Positions 46,326 through 56,319 of a stretch of 64,000 nucleotides of DNA are shown here, one piece after another. The DNA is from Bacilli bacterium (GTDB taxonomy: Bacteria; Bacillota_I; Bacilli_A; RF39; UBA660), in NCBI GenBank assembly GCA_017438635.1, contig JAFRUZ010000007.1:18069-82068 (forward strand), given 5' to 3'. The notes below the pieces were generated by a model. The model was not told the DNA's origin. It did not search any database and saw nothing but the letters and a program-made list of their open reading frames with translations. The position numbers were made by a program, and so were the translations under genes. Positions within the stretch are counted from its first letter, which is position 1. Every line of letters begins with the position of its first letter.

Positions 46326-47411
46326 ATGAACAAAAAAGTTTTAGAAAAACTTTACATCATACTTATAATAACAGTATTTATAGTAATAGGCTATTACACA
46401 TACAAAAGTTATGAAGACAAAAAAAGTTCTAATGATACAACTGTTGAATTAAATAATTTTTATAATGTAGATTACTTGTTTAATAATAGTTATATAGATG
46501 TTCCCAAAACTATAGAAGATTTTTCATCTATAGAAGGAAAAATTCATATAACTTTGGATACTAATAATGTAATGAATATAGAATATGAGAATAATAGTAA
46601 AAAAGTATTAGGCCTTCCAGAAGAAAAAGTAACAGTATATTACAATTATCTGTATGATAACTATTATGAATTTATAGGTAAAACTGAAAAAGGGAATGTG
46701 TATTATGTTTTTCTTGACATAGAAAATATTGACGATGAAGAGTTTAAATTAATTGGTAATAATATAAATAAAATATACATTCCAATTAATGATAAAAATG
46801 GTGTTTACATCAATAAAAAAGATGATTTTGCAACCAAATATATATTATATGATGATGAAAACTTAAAATATATAGATATAGGTTTTAAAAATAAATACGT
46901 ATTAAAATCACATATAGAACAAAAAAAGCCATATTTTGATTACATTTGTGCTGACATAAATTCTTATCTTTGTAACAAATTTATGATCTATATATCCTTC
47001 AACAATGAGCTTGTATACAATAAAGAAAGATTAACAAATAATAACAACGAAACAATATATGTCAAAGACATATTCTCAAGTTTTGAAGTAAAGTCAAAAG
47101 ATAACAATATCAAAACATTAAATAAAAAAAATTTAAAAAAGTATAACTACACATATAGTTCATATATAATTGATATAAATCAAATGGCATATCAGTTTGA
47201 CATTACTAATAAAGGAGAAAGGCTTATTCCTTTAAATAGTGATGAAAATAAAGTTAAAGAGTATGTGTATGAACCAGGTAAAAAGTTATTAATTATCTTT
47301 GAAGATGATACAGAAAAAGAAATAAAAACTAGTAAGAACAGAGTAATAATAACGTCTACAATTTACGACAGAAATGAACATAGTAATGACAAAGTGTTAA
47401 TAAAGCCATAA
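46326..47411 (+). CDS. hypothetical membrane-anchored protein
   Basis: A 361-aa ORF with an N-terminal TM helix (LYIILIITVFIVIGYY). It is Asn/Lys/Tyr-rich, with no recognisable family and no sorting signal. Confidence 0.5.
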   Translation: MNKKVLEKLYIILIITVFIVIGYYTYKSYEDKKSSNDTTVELNNFYNVDYLFNNSYIDVPKTIEDFSSIEGKIHITLDTNNVMNIEYENNSKKVLGLPEEKVTVYYNYLYDNYYEFIGKTEKGNVYYVFLDIENIDDEEFKLIGNNINKIYIPINDKNGVYINKKDDFATKYILYDDENLKYIDIGFKNKYVLKSHIEQKKPYFDYICADINSYLCNKFMIYISFNNELVYNKERLTNNNNETIYVKDIFSSFEVKSKDNNIKTLNKKNLKKYNYTYSSYIIDINQMAYQFDITNKGERLIPLNSDENKVKEYVYEPGKKLLIIFEDDTEKEIKTSKNRVIITSTIYDRNEHSNDKVLIKP

Positions 47412-47479
47412 TACATTTCAAACTTCTTGTTATTACTATTTTCTTGTGATATAATATATTTGTATAATAGAGGTGTTTT

Positions 47480-48175
47480 ATGGGAGAGGATAGGCTTACT
47501 AACAGACAATTTGTAGCTATTTCTTTAGTAATAATAATGTGCGGTATTGCTATAATAGGGCACGACTATTTTTTGGCCAAAAGATCAAAAGCCTATGAAG
47601 AGATGAGCATTCTTTTATCTCAAGAACCTCAAGCAGTAGAACCGGTTGATGGAGAAAATGACACTAGTAGAGTAATCAGTGGTACCGGAAATAATACAAG
47701 TAATAACAGTAATAGAGCTAATGACCCTTCTGGAAAAGTAAAAAAATCAACTTACACATATAACTATATTGGAAGATTAAAAATACCATCAATTAATTTA
47801 AACCGTGGATTTGTTAAATATGGTACAGCAGGCAATACTGTTAATCAAAATATAGCTATCATGAGTGGCTCAAAATATCCAGATGAAAATGAAAGTAACT
47901 TTATAATAGCAGCACACAATGGTTCAGGTTGGAATGCTTATTTTACTAATATTGATAAACTAAAACTAGGAGCTATGGCCTATGTTACATATAAAGGCAA
48001 AGAATACAGTTATATCCTTAAAAAAATATATAGTGACCCTAAAAGAGATGGAAGAGTTACGTTATATAAAACAAACAACAAAAAACACTTAACATTAGTT
48101 ACGTGCAAAAGACCAGATTATAAAAAATACTACTTAGTTCTTGTATTTGAACTTGTAGAAGAAAGAGATATGTAA
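47480..48175 (+). CDS. sortase-family transpeptidase
   Basis: It has an N-terminal TM anchor, the motif IPSINLN, a catalytic His in FIIAAHNG and a catalytic Cys in HLTLVTCK. I cannot assign the class from sequence alone. Confidence 0.75.
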   Translation: MGEDRLTNRQFVAISLVIIMCGIAIIGHDYFLAKRSKAYEEMSILLSQEPQAVEPVDGENDTSRVISGTGNNTSNNSNRANDPSGKVKKSTYTYNYIGRLKIPSINLNRGFVKYGTAGNTVNQNIAIMSGSKYPDENESNFIIAAHNGSGWNAYFTNIDKLKLGAMAYVTYKGKEYSYILKKIYSDPKRDGRVTLYKTNNKKHLTLVTCKRPDYKKYYLVLVFELVEERDM

Positions 48176-48191
48176 AAAAAGGAGTGATAAA

Positions 48192-48917
48192 ATGGCAAAT
48201 ATTCCTTTAACGGAGAGGATAAAAACAATAATTGATTTAGCAGTATCACAATCATTTTTTATTACACTTTTTGTTATATTCTTATTAACAATTGTTGCAT
48301 TAATAATTAATACAAGAGTTAAAAGTAGAGCACCAAAATATATGGTAGCAATAGCATATACAGGTATTGCAATATTACTCTTAGCAAGATATGGAAAATA
48401 TATGCTTTCTTTAAACGATAGTATTGTTGATAAATTTTTTAGAGCAATGTATTTTCCCAACATAGTAGTATACATTGCAATGCTAGTATTAACTATATTA
48501 TTTATAGTAATGACAGTTTTGAATGATAAATATTTGATGTATACAAAGATATGTAATTTTCTATGCTTCGTGGTAATATGGTTCTTGTTTGTGCTTACAG
48601 TAGATTCTGTTAAGAGAGAAGGATTAAGTTTCTATGAAGTAACAGATATATATGCTAATGGTACAATTATGATTCTGATGCAGGCAAGTATGTGTATATT
48701 CTTTATCTGGTGTGCAATACTTATATCAGATGCAATAGTAAGAAGAATATCCGAAAAGATGGAAAAAAAGGAATTACAACATGTATCTCCTGAAGGACAA
48801 ATAGTTGAAAATGATAGTGTGGAAACAATACCATTTTTCGAAGATGTACTAAATAATTTTAAAAAAGATAATGAGGAAGTTAATCAAGATTACACAGATA
48901 ATCAAGATGATAATTAA
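48192..48917 (+). CDS. polytopic membrane protein with acidic C-terminal tail, unknown function
   Basis: RBS is AAGGAG. There are 5-6 TM segments and the tail ...NEEVNQDYTDNQDDN. Confidence 0.5.
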   Translation: MANIPLTERIKTIIDLAVSQSFFITLFVIFLLTIVALIINTRVKSRAPKYMVAIAYTGIAILLLARYGKYMLSLNDSIVDKFFRAMYFPNIVVYIAMLVLTILFIVMTVLNDKYLMYTKICNFLCFVVIWFLFVLTVDSVKREGLSFYEVTDIYANGTIMILMQASMCIFFIWCAILISDAIVRRISEKMEKKELQHVSPEGQIVENDSVETIPFFEDVLNNFKKDNEEVNQDYTDNQDDN

Positions 48918-48932
48918 TAAGCAATGTGTCAA

Positions 48933-48962
48933 AAAACTGTAAAACGGTTTACAGTTTTTCTT
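48933..48962 (+). terminator. rho-independent terminator
   Basis: The hairpin AAACTGTAAA-ACGG-TTTACAGTTT is followed by TT. It lies inside the N-terminal extension that the ORF track gives to tkt. Confidence 0.65.
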
Positions 48963-49010
48963 TTTGTTTTGACATATGTTTGGTATAATTGTCATGATAG
49001 GAGTGGTAGG

Positions 49011-50990
49011 ATGACACTAGGAATAGTAGGAAAACAAGCAAAAGATTATACCATAGATATAAAAACTGTTAATAACATCAAATCGTTAGGGCTAGATATG
49101 ATTAACACTGCAAAATCTGGGCATCCAGGAATAGTTCTTGGAGCAGCACCAATAATATATAGGCTATATAATAATCATTTAATATTTGATAATAATAATC
49201 CTAATTGGATAAATAGAGATAGATTCATAATGTCTGCAGGTCATGGATCAGCTCTTTTGTATGCAACTCTATTTATGAGTGGCTTTGATTTAACTATAAA
49301 CGATCTAAAAGAATTTAGAAATTATGGTTCAAAGACACCAGGTCATCCAGAAGTAGGAGTAACTCCTGGAGTTGACTGCTCAACAGGACCATTAGGACAA
49401 GGAATAGCAACTGCAGTTGGTATGGCAATTGGAGAAGCCTATTTAAATCAAAAGTTTAAAAGTCTAAAGGCAAGTTTAATAGATCACTATACATATGTAT
49501 TATGTGGAGATGGTGATCTGATGGAAGGAATATCTTCTGAATCAGCCTCTTTAGCGGGTTCTTTAGGACTAGGAAAAATAATTGTTTTATACGATTCAAA
49601 TGGGATAAGTTTAGATGGTTCAACAACTAATGTATTTGATGAAAATGTGCTAAAAAAATATAGAGCAATGGGTTGGGATACCCATCTACTAAAAGATCCA
49701 TACGATTTTGAAGAATTTGACAATTTGATAGAAAGAGCAAAAAAAGCAGTCGATAGGCCATCAATAATAAAAATAGAAACAGTAATAGGAAAAGATTCGA
49801 AATATCAAAATACAAATACCATTCATGGTAAGCCTTTATCAAAAGAGGACTTAAAGAATATAAAGAAAAAACTAGGAATTAGAGAGATACCTTATACTGT
49901 GTTAAGTGACGCATATAATAACATGAAAAAATGTATTGATGAGAGAAACGATTTAGCAATATCAAAATGGGAAAAAACATGTGAAAAAGTAATGCAAAAA
50001 CTAGATAAAAGTATAATAGAAGATTATGAAAAATTACTTTCCCACGAAGATATTAACATAGAAAGTACACTTGATAATAAACAGTATTCAGGAAGAGAAT
50101 TAGCGCATACTTTATTAAATAAAATACCAAAAAAAGAAACATTTTGTTTACTTACTGATACTAGTAGTTCTACACAAATATTTTTTGATAAAGAAGAAAA
50201 CTTTTCTAAAAAGAACAGACTTGGAAAAAATCTACAATGTGGGGTAAGAGAACTAAGTGCTTCAGCTATTCAAAATGGATTAGCATTAATGAATATCAAA
50301 ACTGTTTCTTCAACTTTCTTAGCATTCTCTAATTATATGATTCCAAGCATCAGAATGGCATCCCTAATGAATTTAAATACCACCTATATATTTACTCATG
50401 ACAGCGTTTTAATTGGAGAAGATGGACCAACTCATCAACCTATAGAACAAATAGATCAGTTAAGACTAATACCTAATCTTACAGTATTTAGGCCATGTGA
50501 TGCTAATGAAATGACTGAAGCATTTAATTACTCATTTAATAGTGATAAACCATGCGCAATAATAGTAAGTAAGGAAGTAATACCAATATCAAAAGAACAT
50601 GGTTATATAATAGAAGAAGAACAAGATTTTGATATATGTCTAATTGCAAGTGGAACAGAAGTAGAATTAGCTATTCAAGTTAGCAAAGCCCTTGAAAAAC
50701 ATATGATTAAATCAAGAGTAATATCAATTCCATCACTAGAATTATTTGATAAAGAAACAAATGAAGAAAAAGAAAAAATACTACCTAAAGACAAGATTAA
50801 GGTAGTACTAGAATTATCAACTTGCAATAGTTATTACAAATATTTATCACAAGATGATTTAGTATTTAACATAAAAGAATTTATGAAAAGTGGAAACAAA
50901 TATTCAATTATTCACAGACTAAACTATGATGTTGATTCTATTACTAAAAATATTGCTTTTCACGTTAAACAAAAAATTTCGGAGCATTAG
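49011..50990 (+). CDS. tkt: transketolase
   Basis: SGHPG, the ThDP motif GDGDLMEG, and EDGPTHQPIE are transketolase motifs. ATG at 49011 follows GGAGTGGTAGG. Confidence 0.9.
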   Translation: MTLGIVGKQAKDYTIDIKTVNNIKSLGLDMINTAKSGHPGIVLGAAPIIYRLYNNHLIFDNNNPNWINRDRFIMSAGHGSALLYATLFMSGFDLTINDLKEFRNYGSKTPGHPEVGVTPGVDCSTGPLGQGIATAVGMAIGEAYLNQKFKSLKASLIDHYTYVLCGDGDLMEGISSESASLAGSLGLGKIIVLYDSNGISLDGSTTNVFDENVLKKYRAMGWDTHLLKDPYDFEEFDNLIERAKKAVDRPSIIKIETVIGKDSKYQNTNTIHGKPLSKEDLKNIKKKLGIREIPYTVLSDAYNNMKKCIDERNDLAISKWEKTCEKVMQKLDKSIIEDYEKLLSHEDINIESTLDNKQYSGRELAHTLLNKIPKKETFCLLTDTSSSTQIFFDKEENFSKKNRLGKNLQCGVRELSASAIQNGLALMNIKTVSSTFLAFSNYMIPSIRMASLMNLNTTYIFTHDSVLIGEDGPTHQPIEQIDQLRLIPNLTVFRPCDANEMTEAFNYSFNSDKPCAIIVSKEVIPISKEHGYIIEEEQDFDICLIASGTEVELAIQVSKALEKHMIKSRVISIPSLELFDKETNEEKEKILPKDKIKVVLELSTCNSYYKYLSQDDLVFNIKEFMKSGNKYSIIHRLNYDVDSITKNIAFHVKQKISEH

Positions 50991-51309
50991 TTTGCTCTTT
51001 TTTTTGCGAAGTTGTCTGCTTTTTGATTTGTTCGTTTTTAGTATTAGAAACTTCACTGCTATTCAAACCTCTAACAACTCTGAGCATAGTTCTAGCATTA
51101 TTCCAAATTGGTTTAATTTGATAAAAAACAGGGATAGCTTGATTAATTACACCTAATGTTTTACTAGTACCATTTAAAATACTTGAAAAAGAAACCTTTG
51201 AAGGCATTTTACCAAATAGAAAATTTGTCCTAGGGACAGGAGCCATATATCTTATATTTCTAGCAAGATAGGGGCTAGGTATAGAATTAAAATTATAACT
51301 ATTATACAT
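50965..51309 (-). CDS. VrrA/YqfQ-like small sporulation-associated protein
   Basis: ATG at 51309 follows GGAGG. FSSILNGTSKTLGVINQAIPVFYQIKPIWNNARTMLRVVRGL resembles the YqfQ pattern (...TQQVLNTAQQIGPMVQQYGPMVKNLPAMWKLYRGL) as I recall it. Confidence 0.4.
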   Translation of the reverse strand: MYNSYNFNSIPSPYLARNIRYMAPVPRTNFLFGKMPSKVSFSSILNGTSKTLGVINQAIPVFYQIKPIWNNARTMLRVVRGLNSSEVSNTKNEQIKKQTTSQKKEQTNAPKFFV

Positions 51310-51376
51310 AGTACAACCTCCTAATATAATGTATGTAAAAATCATAAAAAAGAAACAATTTTTTCACTTTAAGTCA

Positions 51377-51405
51377 TTGACTATCTTCTAGTTATAAGAT
51401 AAAAT
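51377..51405 (+). promoter_or_regulatory. sigma-A-like promoter candidate for pilC-pilD
   Basis: TTGACT (51377-51382), a 17-nt spacer, then TAAAAT (51400-51405). Confidence 0.4.
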
Positions 51406-51432
51406 ATATATATAATAGTGGAGGTGTGTAAC

Positions 51433-52803
51433 ATGGACAATCAAATGCAAGAACAAAACGCTGCTGCAGTAGCAGAACCACAAGCTACAGCAGTACCTGA
51501 ACAACAAGCTACACAAAGCAATGATGCTAATGCAACTCCTTCTACCGATCAAAAGAATAAAGAGGGATTAAAAGCTGCATCTACAATGCAAAATAAAAGA
51601 AAAAGATTTAAGTATAAAATGCAAAATGATAAAGGCAAAATAATTACAGGATTTCTAGATGCTTATAATCAAGCAGAAGTTACATCATACTTAAAAAATG
51701 AAGGTTATAAAGTTTTAAAAATTGAAGAAGTAAATCAGTTTTTAAATATGGAAATTGGTGGGACAAAATTAAATTATGCAGAATTAGCATTTTTATTGAC
51801 TCAATTATCTACATATTTAAAAGCAGGTATTCCTTTAATAGATTCAATAAAAATACTTGAAAGACAAACTCAAAAAGCTTCTAAAAAGAGGGTATATTCT
51901 AATATAGTTTACGAGTTATCAAAAGGTGAAGCATTTTCAGCAAGTTTAAGTGCTCAAGGAAATACTTTTCCACCACTTTTAATAAACATGGTAAAAACTG
52001 CTGAACTTACAGGTGACTTACCAGAAATATTAGATGATATGCGTGATTATTATGAAGCAATAGATAGAACTAGAAAAGAAGCTATCAGTTCAATGATTTA
52101 TCCATCAATTCTATTTATATTTGCTATCGGAGTACTTGTATTTATCTTAACATGGGTTATTCCATCATTCGTTGAATTATTCCAACAACAAAATGCTAAA
52201 CTTCCGACAGTAACAAAAATAGTACTTGGTGCTAGTGATTTCCTTGTTACTAAAAAATATTGGATTATAGGAATTCTTGCAGGAGTAACAATAGCATTTA
52301 TAGTATTGTATAAATATTCAAAACCATTCAGAAAAACAATGCAAACAATTGCAATGAAACTGCCAGGATTTGGAAATATAATTATATATAGAGAAGTAAC
52401 AATGTTTACTAAAACATTTGCTTCACTTTTAAACCACAACGTATTTATAACAGATTCAATGGAAATATTAAGAACTGTATCAAACAATGAAATATTTAAA
52501 GAAATAATAAATGAATCATTATCATTGTTATCAAAGGGGGCTAAAATAAGTGATGCCTTTGAAGATAAATGGGCATTTCCAGTCGTAGCATACGAAATGT
52601 TAGTAACAGGTGAAACAACTGGTCGTCTTCCAATGATGATGAGTTATGTTGCTAACTATTACGGTGATCTGCACGCTAACCTTGTAAAAAGAATAAATAC
52701 ATTTATAGAACCGTTACTAATTATAATGATTGCAATAATTGTTGGTATCGTAGTAGTATCAGTAGTTATGCCAATGTTTGATTTCTATGGAACAGTTTTA
52801 TAA
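51433..52803 (+). CDS. pilC: type IV pilus / type II secretion platform protein (GspF/PilC family)
   Basis: It has two T2SS-F repeats (LSTYLKAGIPL... / FASLLNHNVFI...) and 3 TM segments. It carries an N-terminal extension of about 55 aa rich in Gln/Ala/Thr. Confidence 0.85.
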   Translation: MDNQMQEQNAAAVAEPQATAVPEQQATQSNDANATPSTDQKNKEGLKAASTMQNKRKRFKYKMQNDKGKIITGFLDAYNQAEVTSYLKNEGYKVLKIEEVNQFLNMEIGGTKLNYAELAFLLTQLSTYLKAGIPLIDSIKILERQTQKASKKRVYSNIVYELSKGEAFSASLSAQGNTFPPLLINMVKTAELTGDLPEILDDMRDYYEAIDRTRKEAISSMIYPSILFIFAIGVLVFILTWVIPSFVELFQQQNAKLPTVTKIVLGASDFLVTKKYWIIGILAGVTIAFIVLYKYSKPFRKTMQTIAMKLPGFGNIIIYREVTMFTKTFASLLNHNVFITDSMEILRTVSNNEIFKEIINESLSLLSKGAKISDAFEDKWAFPVVAYEMLVTGETTGRLPMMMSYVANYYGDLHANLVKRINTFIEPLLIIMIAIIVGIVVVSVVMPMFDFYGTVL

Positions 52804-53566
52804 AATATATTTTACAATTGCTTTTCTACTAATAGGATTAATATTTGGTTCGTTTTACAATGTAGTGGGGTTGAGAGTATCAAAAAAAGAAAACTTATTA
52901 TTTCCAGGAAGTCATTGTCCTAAATGTAATCATAAGTTAAAACCATATGAACTTATTCCAGTATTTTCATTTATCTTTTTAAAAGGAAGATGTAAAAAAT
53001 GTAAAGAAAGAATAAGTATAATGTACCCGTTTATAGAATTATGTACTGGTATACTATTTGCAGTTAGTTTTTATAAATATGGATTTAGTACAGATCTTAT
53101 ATTAGCCTTACTGTTATCATCATTATTAATGATAATAGTAGTTACTGACCTAAACTTTTATATAATTCCCGACAGTATAATAGTAGCCTTTGGTATATTA
53201 ATATTTATATATAATATAATCGATAAAGGAATACTTGATGCGTGTACTTATGTAGTTTATGGATTACTTATGTTTGGACTAATGTATGCCTTAATGAAAT
53301 TTGGTAATGCTCTTTTTAAAAAAGAATCTTTAGGAGGAGGAGATATAAAATTAATGGGAATACTTGGAATGATTAATAAGCCAATAGTTTCCATTACAGC
53401 TCTATCCCTTGCAGCATTTATAGCATTACCATGTTCAATATATTTTCTAAAAAAGAACAAAGACAAAGTGATTCCATTTGGACCATTTATAGTAATTGGA
53501 TTCATACTTATAATGTTCTTAGGAATAGATACAAACGATATAATAAAGTTTTTAACAAGAGCTTAG
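52787..53566 (+). CDS. pilD: prepilin peptidase (A24 family)
   Basis: It has the CPKCNHKL...CKKCKERI zinc motif, catalytic Asp residues in IIPD and GGGDIKLMG, and multiple TM segments. The start is uncertain (TTG 52778 or ATG 52787). Confidence 0.88.
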   Translation: MEQFYKIYFTIAFLLIGLIFGSFYNVVGLRVSKKENLLFPGSHCPKCNHKLKPYELIPVFSFIFLKGRCKKCKERISIMYPFIELCTGILFAVSFYKYGFSTDLILALLLSSLLMIIVVTDLNFYIIPDSIIVAFGILIFIYNIIDKGILDACTYVVYGLLMFGLMYALMKFGNALFKKESLGGGDIKLMGILGMINKPIVSITALSLAAFIALPCSIYFLKKNKDKVIPFGPFIVIGFILIMFLGIDTNDIIKFLTRA

Positions 53567-53577
53567 GCTCTTTTTTT
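53557..53577. terminator. hairpin terminator between convergent pilD and cse60
   Basis: The hairpin AAGAGC-TTAG-GCTCTT is followed by TTTTT. Confidence 0.5.
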
Positions 53578-53752
53578 ATGTATAAATAATCATTGCACTA
53601 AAGCAATATATTTGTTCTTCAGAAAAAACAGAAACACTAACTTCATACTTAATATCTATTATTTCTTTATCTTCATCCAACTCTTCCAAGAAGGCATTTA
53701 TACTTTCTTCTAGATCTTTTTCATGCGCTTCATCAAATATTTTTACTCTCAT
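53576..53752 (-). CDS. cse60: sporulation protein Cse60 (58 aa; below the ORF-track length cutoff)
   Basis: Hand translation gives MRVKIFDEAHEKDLEESINAFLEELDEDKEIIDIKYEVSVSVFSEEQIYCFSAMIIYT. The pattern (VK.FDE.HEKDLE..N.FL...IIDI.Y.V......EQIYCFSA.I.Y) matches Cse60/YteV as I recall it. RBS is GGTGA. Confidence 0.6.
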   Translation of the reverse strand: MRVKIFDEAHEKDLEESINAFLEELDEDKEIIDIKYEVSVSVFSEEQIYCFSAMIIYT

Positions 53753-53866
53753 ATTTTCACCAGATTAATTTTATAAAAAAAATATAAAAAAAATTGTAGA
53801 ATAATCTTGATAAATTATTTAAATCTACTATAATAATGTGTTAAGTTTTTTGACGAGGAGGAGATT

Positions 53867-56218
53867 ATGAATAATAAAAAATTACCTGTTTTAGTACTAA
53901 AAAATATAATTCTTTTTCCTCATAGTGAGATTAGACTTGAACTTGAAAACGATAAAGATAAAGAACTAATCTCTTTAGCGGATTCATACTATAATAAACA
54001 TATATTAATAATTCATCCAGAAGATGCACTTGAAGATTCTATTGATAAAACAAGTTTCCCAAGAATTGGAGTAATAGGTTACATAAACATGAAACTTGAT
54101 CTCCCAAACAATAGAACTAGAATAGTTATCAGAGGTTTAGATAGAGTAAAAGTTCTATCTTTTGCAGAAGAGATAGAAGGTACAAAAGTTTCCTCTTTTG
54201 AAGAAATTAAAAAATCAGAATTATCACTGTCAGAACAAATGGCATATTCTCGTAGTTTAATAAAACAAACAGAATATTATATAGAACATTGTCCTAATGT
54301 TAGCAATAGCATATTATCAGATATTCTTGGGGTTAATGACATAGATAAAATAACTGATATTCTTACTATGTTTATTCCAGGAACATATGAAAGAAAAATA
54401 GAGTATTTAAATGAGACCTCGGCTACTTCAAGAGCGATGATGCTTTTAGATGATATTAATATGGAAATATCAGTTACAGATTTAGAACAAGAAATAGAAG
54501 ACAGAGTATCATTTGAACTTGATAAAACACAAAGAGAATATATTTTAAATGAAAAAATAAAAGTGATGCGAGATGAACTTGGAGAAGGTTATGATAAAGA
54601 TCGAGAAATAGACAGCTTAAAGGCAAAACTAAACAATAAAAACCTTCCAGAGTACGTAAAGAAAAAATTAGAAGTAGAGATAAAAAGATATGAGGCTATT
54701 CCTGAAATGTCATCAGAAATAGGTATGTTAAAAACATATATTGATACATTACTTGCACTTCCTTGGGGAGTATATACTGAAGACAATAAAGATTTAAATG
54801 CCGCCAAAGAAATGCTAGATAGCACACATTATGGTCTATTTGAATTAAAAGAAAGAATAGTAGAATATCTAGCATTAGCACAAATGACTAATGGATTAAA
54901 CAATCCTATAATATGTTTCGTAGGTCCTCCGGGAGTAGGTAAAACTACATTTGCTAAAAGTATTGCAGATGCTTTAGGAAGAAAGTATATAAAAATATCT
55001 GTTGGAGGAGTAAACGATGAAGCAGATATAGTAGGGCATAGACGCGCTTATATTGGATCAAGCCCAGGAAAAATAATTGATGGAATAAAAAGAACAGAGG
55101 TAGCTAATCCAGTATTTGTAATTGATGAAATAGATAAAATGACAAAAGATATAAAAGGAGATCCTGCGTCAGCCCTTTTAGAAGTCTTAGACAAAGAACA
55201 AAACAAATACTTTGTAGATCATTATATAGAAGAGCAATTTGATCTATCTAAAGTAATGTTTATACTAACCGCTAACTATATAGAAAAAATACCAGAAGAG
55301 TTAAGAGATAGATTAGAAATAATAGAAATATCTAGTTATACAGAATATGAAAAGTTTAATATATGTAAAAACTATATAATTCCAAATGGCATAAAGAAAC
55401 ACGGACTTGAAAACTATAATATAGTATTTACAGATGAAGCAATATTTAAAATAATTAGAAACTATACTAAAGAAGCAGGTGTAAGGGAACTAGAAAGAAA
55501 AGTTTATGCTATCTTTAGAAAACTAATTAAAAAAATAGTAGTAGAAAAACAAGAAACACTAAGGATAATTGATGATGGTCTAATAAAAGATTTACTAGGT
55601 AATGAGATATATACTGATACTGTGAACTTTCCTAAAGAAAGTATTGGTATAGTAAATGGAATGAGTTATACAATATATGGTGGAGATATCCTTAAAATAG
55701 AAGTTAATTTCTATGAAGGTGATGGAAAAATAATAACAACAGGTTCCTTAGGAGATGTATTTATAGAAAGTGCAAAAATAGCACTTAGTTATATAAAAAG
55801 TAATTATAAGAAGTTTGGTATAGATTATGACAAATTATCAAAAAGTGATATTCATATTCACGTTCCTGAAGGAGCAGTGAAAAAAGATGGACCTAGCGCA
55901 GGTATTACTATTACAACAGCCCTTATAAGTGCCTTTACAGACTTAAAAATAAGTAGTAATATTTCTATGACTGGAGAGATGACTTTAAGAGGAGATATTC
56001 TACCAGTAGGGGGTTTAAAAGAAAAAATAATTGGTGCGAAAAAAGCAGGAGTTAAAAAAATATTTATACCAAAAGGAAATGAAGCAGAAGTTAAATCATT
56101 TGATAAAGAAATAACTTCAGGACTTAGATTTATATATGTAGAAAACTATTCACAAGTTTTTGAAAATTTGACTTTAACAAAAAACATAAGAAAAAGAGTA
56201 AGTACTGTTAAAAAGTAA
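53867..56218 (+). CDS. lon: ATP-dependent Lon protease (LonA type)
   Basis: It has the LON N-domain, the Walker A GPPGVGKTT, the catalytic Ser in DGPSAGIT and the Lys in GGLKEKI. The protein is 783 aa. Confidence 0.93.
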   Translation: MNNKKLPVLVLKNIILFPHSEIRLELENDKDKELISLADSYYNKHILIIHPEDALEDSIDKTSFPRIGVIGYINMKLDLPNNRTRIVIRGLDRVKVLSFAEEIEGTKVSSFEEIKKSELSLSEQMAYSRSLIKQTEYYIEHCPNVSNSILSDILGVNDIDKITDILTMFIPGTYERKIEYLNETSATSRAMMLLDDINMEISVTDLEQEIEDRVSFELDKTQREYILNEKIKVMRDELGEGYDKDREIDSLKAKLNNKNLPEYVKKKLEVEIKRYEAIPEMSSEIGMLKTYIDTLLALPWGVYTEDNKDLNAAKEMLDSTHYGLFELKERIVEYLALAQMTNGLNNPIICFVGPPGVGKTTFAKSIADALGRKYIKISVGGVNDEADIVGHRRAYIGSSPGKIIDGIKRTEVANPVFVIDEIDKMTKDIKGDPASALLEVLDKEQNKYFVDHYIEEQFDLSKVMFILTANYIEKIPEELRDRLEIIEISSYTEYEKFNICKNYIIPNGIKKHGLENYNIVFTDEAIFKIIRNYTKEAGVRELERKVYAIFRKLIKKIVVEKQETLRIIDDGLIKDLLGNEIYTDTVNFPKESIGIVNGMSYTIYGGDILKIEVNFYEGDGKIITTGSLGDVFIESAKIALSYIKSNYKKFGIDYDKLSKSDIHIHVPEGAVKKDGPSAGITITTALISAFTDLKISSNISMTGEMTLRGDILPVGGLKEKIIGAKKAGVKKIFIPKGNEAEVKSFDKEITSGLRFIYVENYSQVFENLTLTKNIRKRVSTVKK

Positions 56219-56319
56219 CTTGCTTTTTTATTAAAAAATAGTTTGTTTGCTTTTAATGACGTTAATTTAGTGATATAATAAAAAACATATTTTATTTAAT
56301 TAGGATGTGAAAACTCACT

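Noticed and set aside
48924-49010. N-terminal extensions that the ORF track gives to tkt (48924), gpr (44028), recA (39958), rny (41097), murT (8271), the pta-like gene (321) and the proximal CotY/Z gene (22980).
   Set aside because: In each case an internal ATG is preceded by a good Shine-Dalgarno and coincides with the conserved protein N-terminus. The tkt extension also contains a terminator hairpin, and the CotY/Z extension overlaps the upstream paralog.
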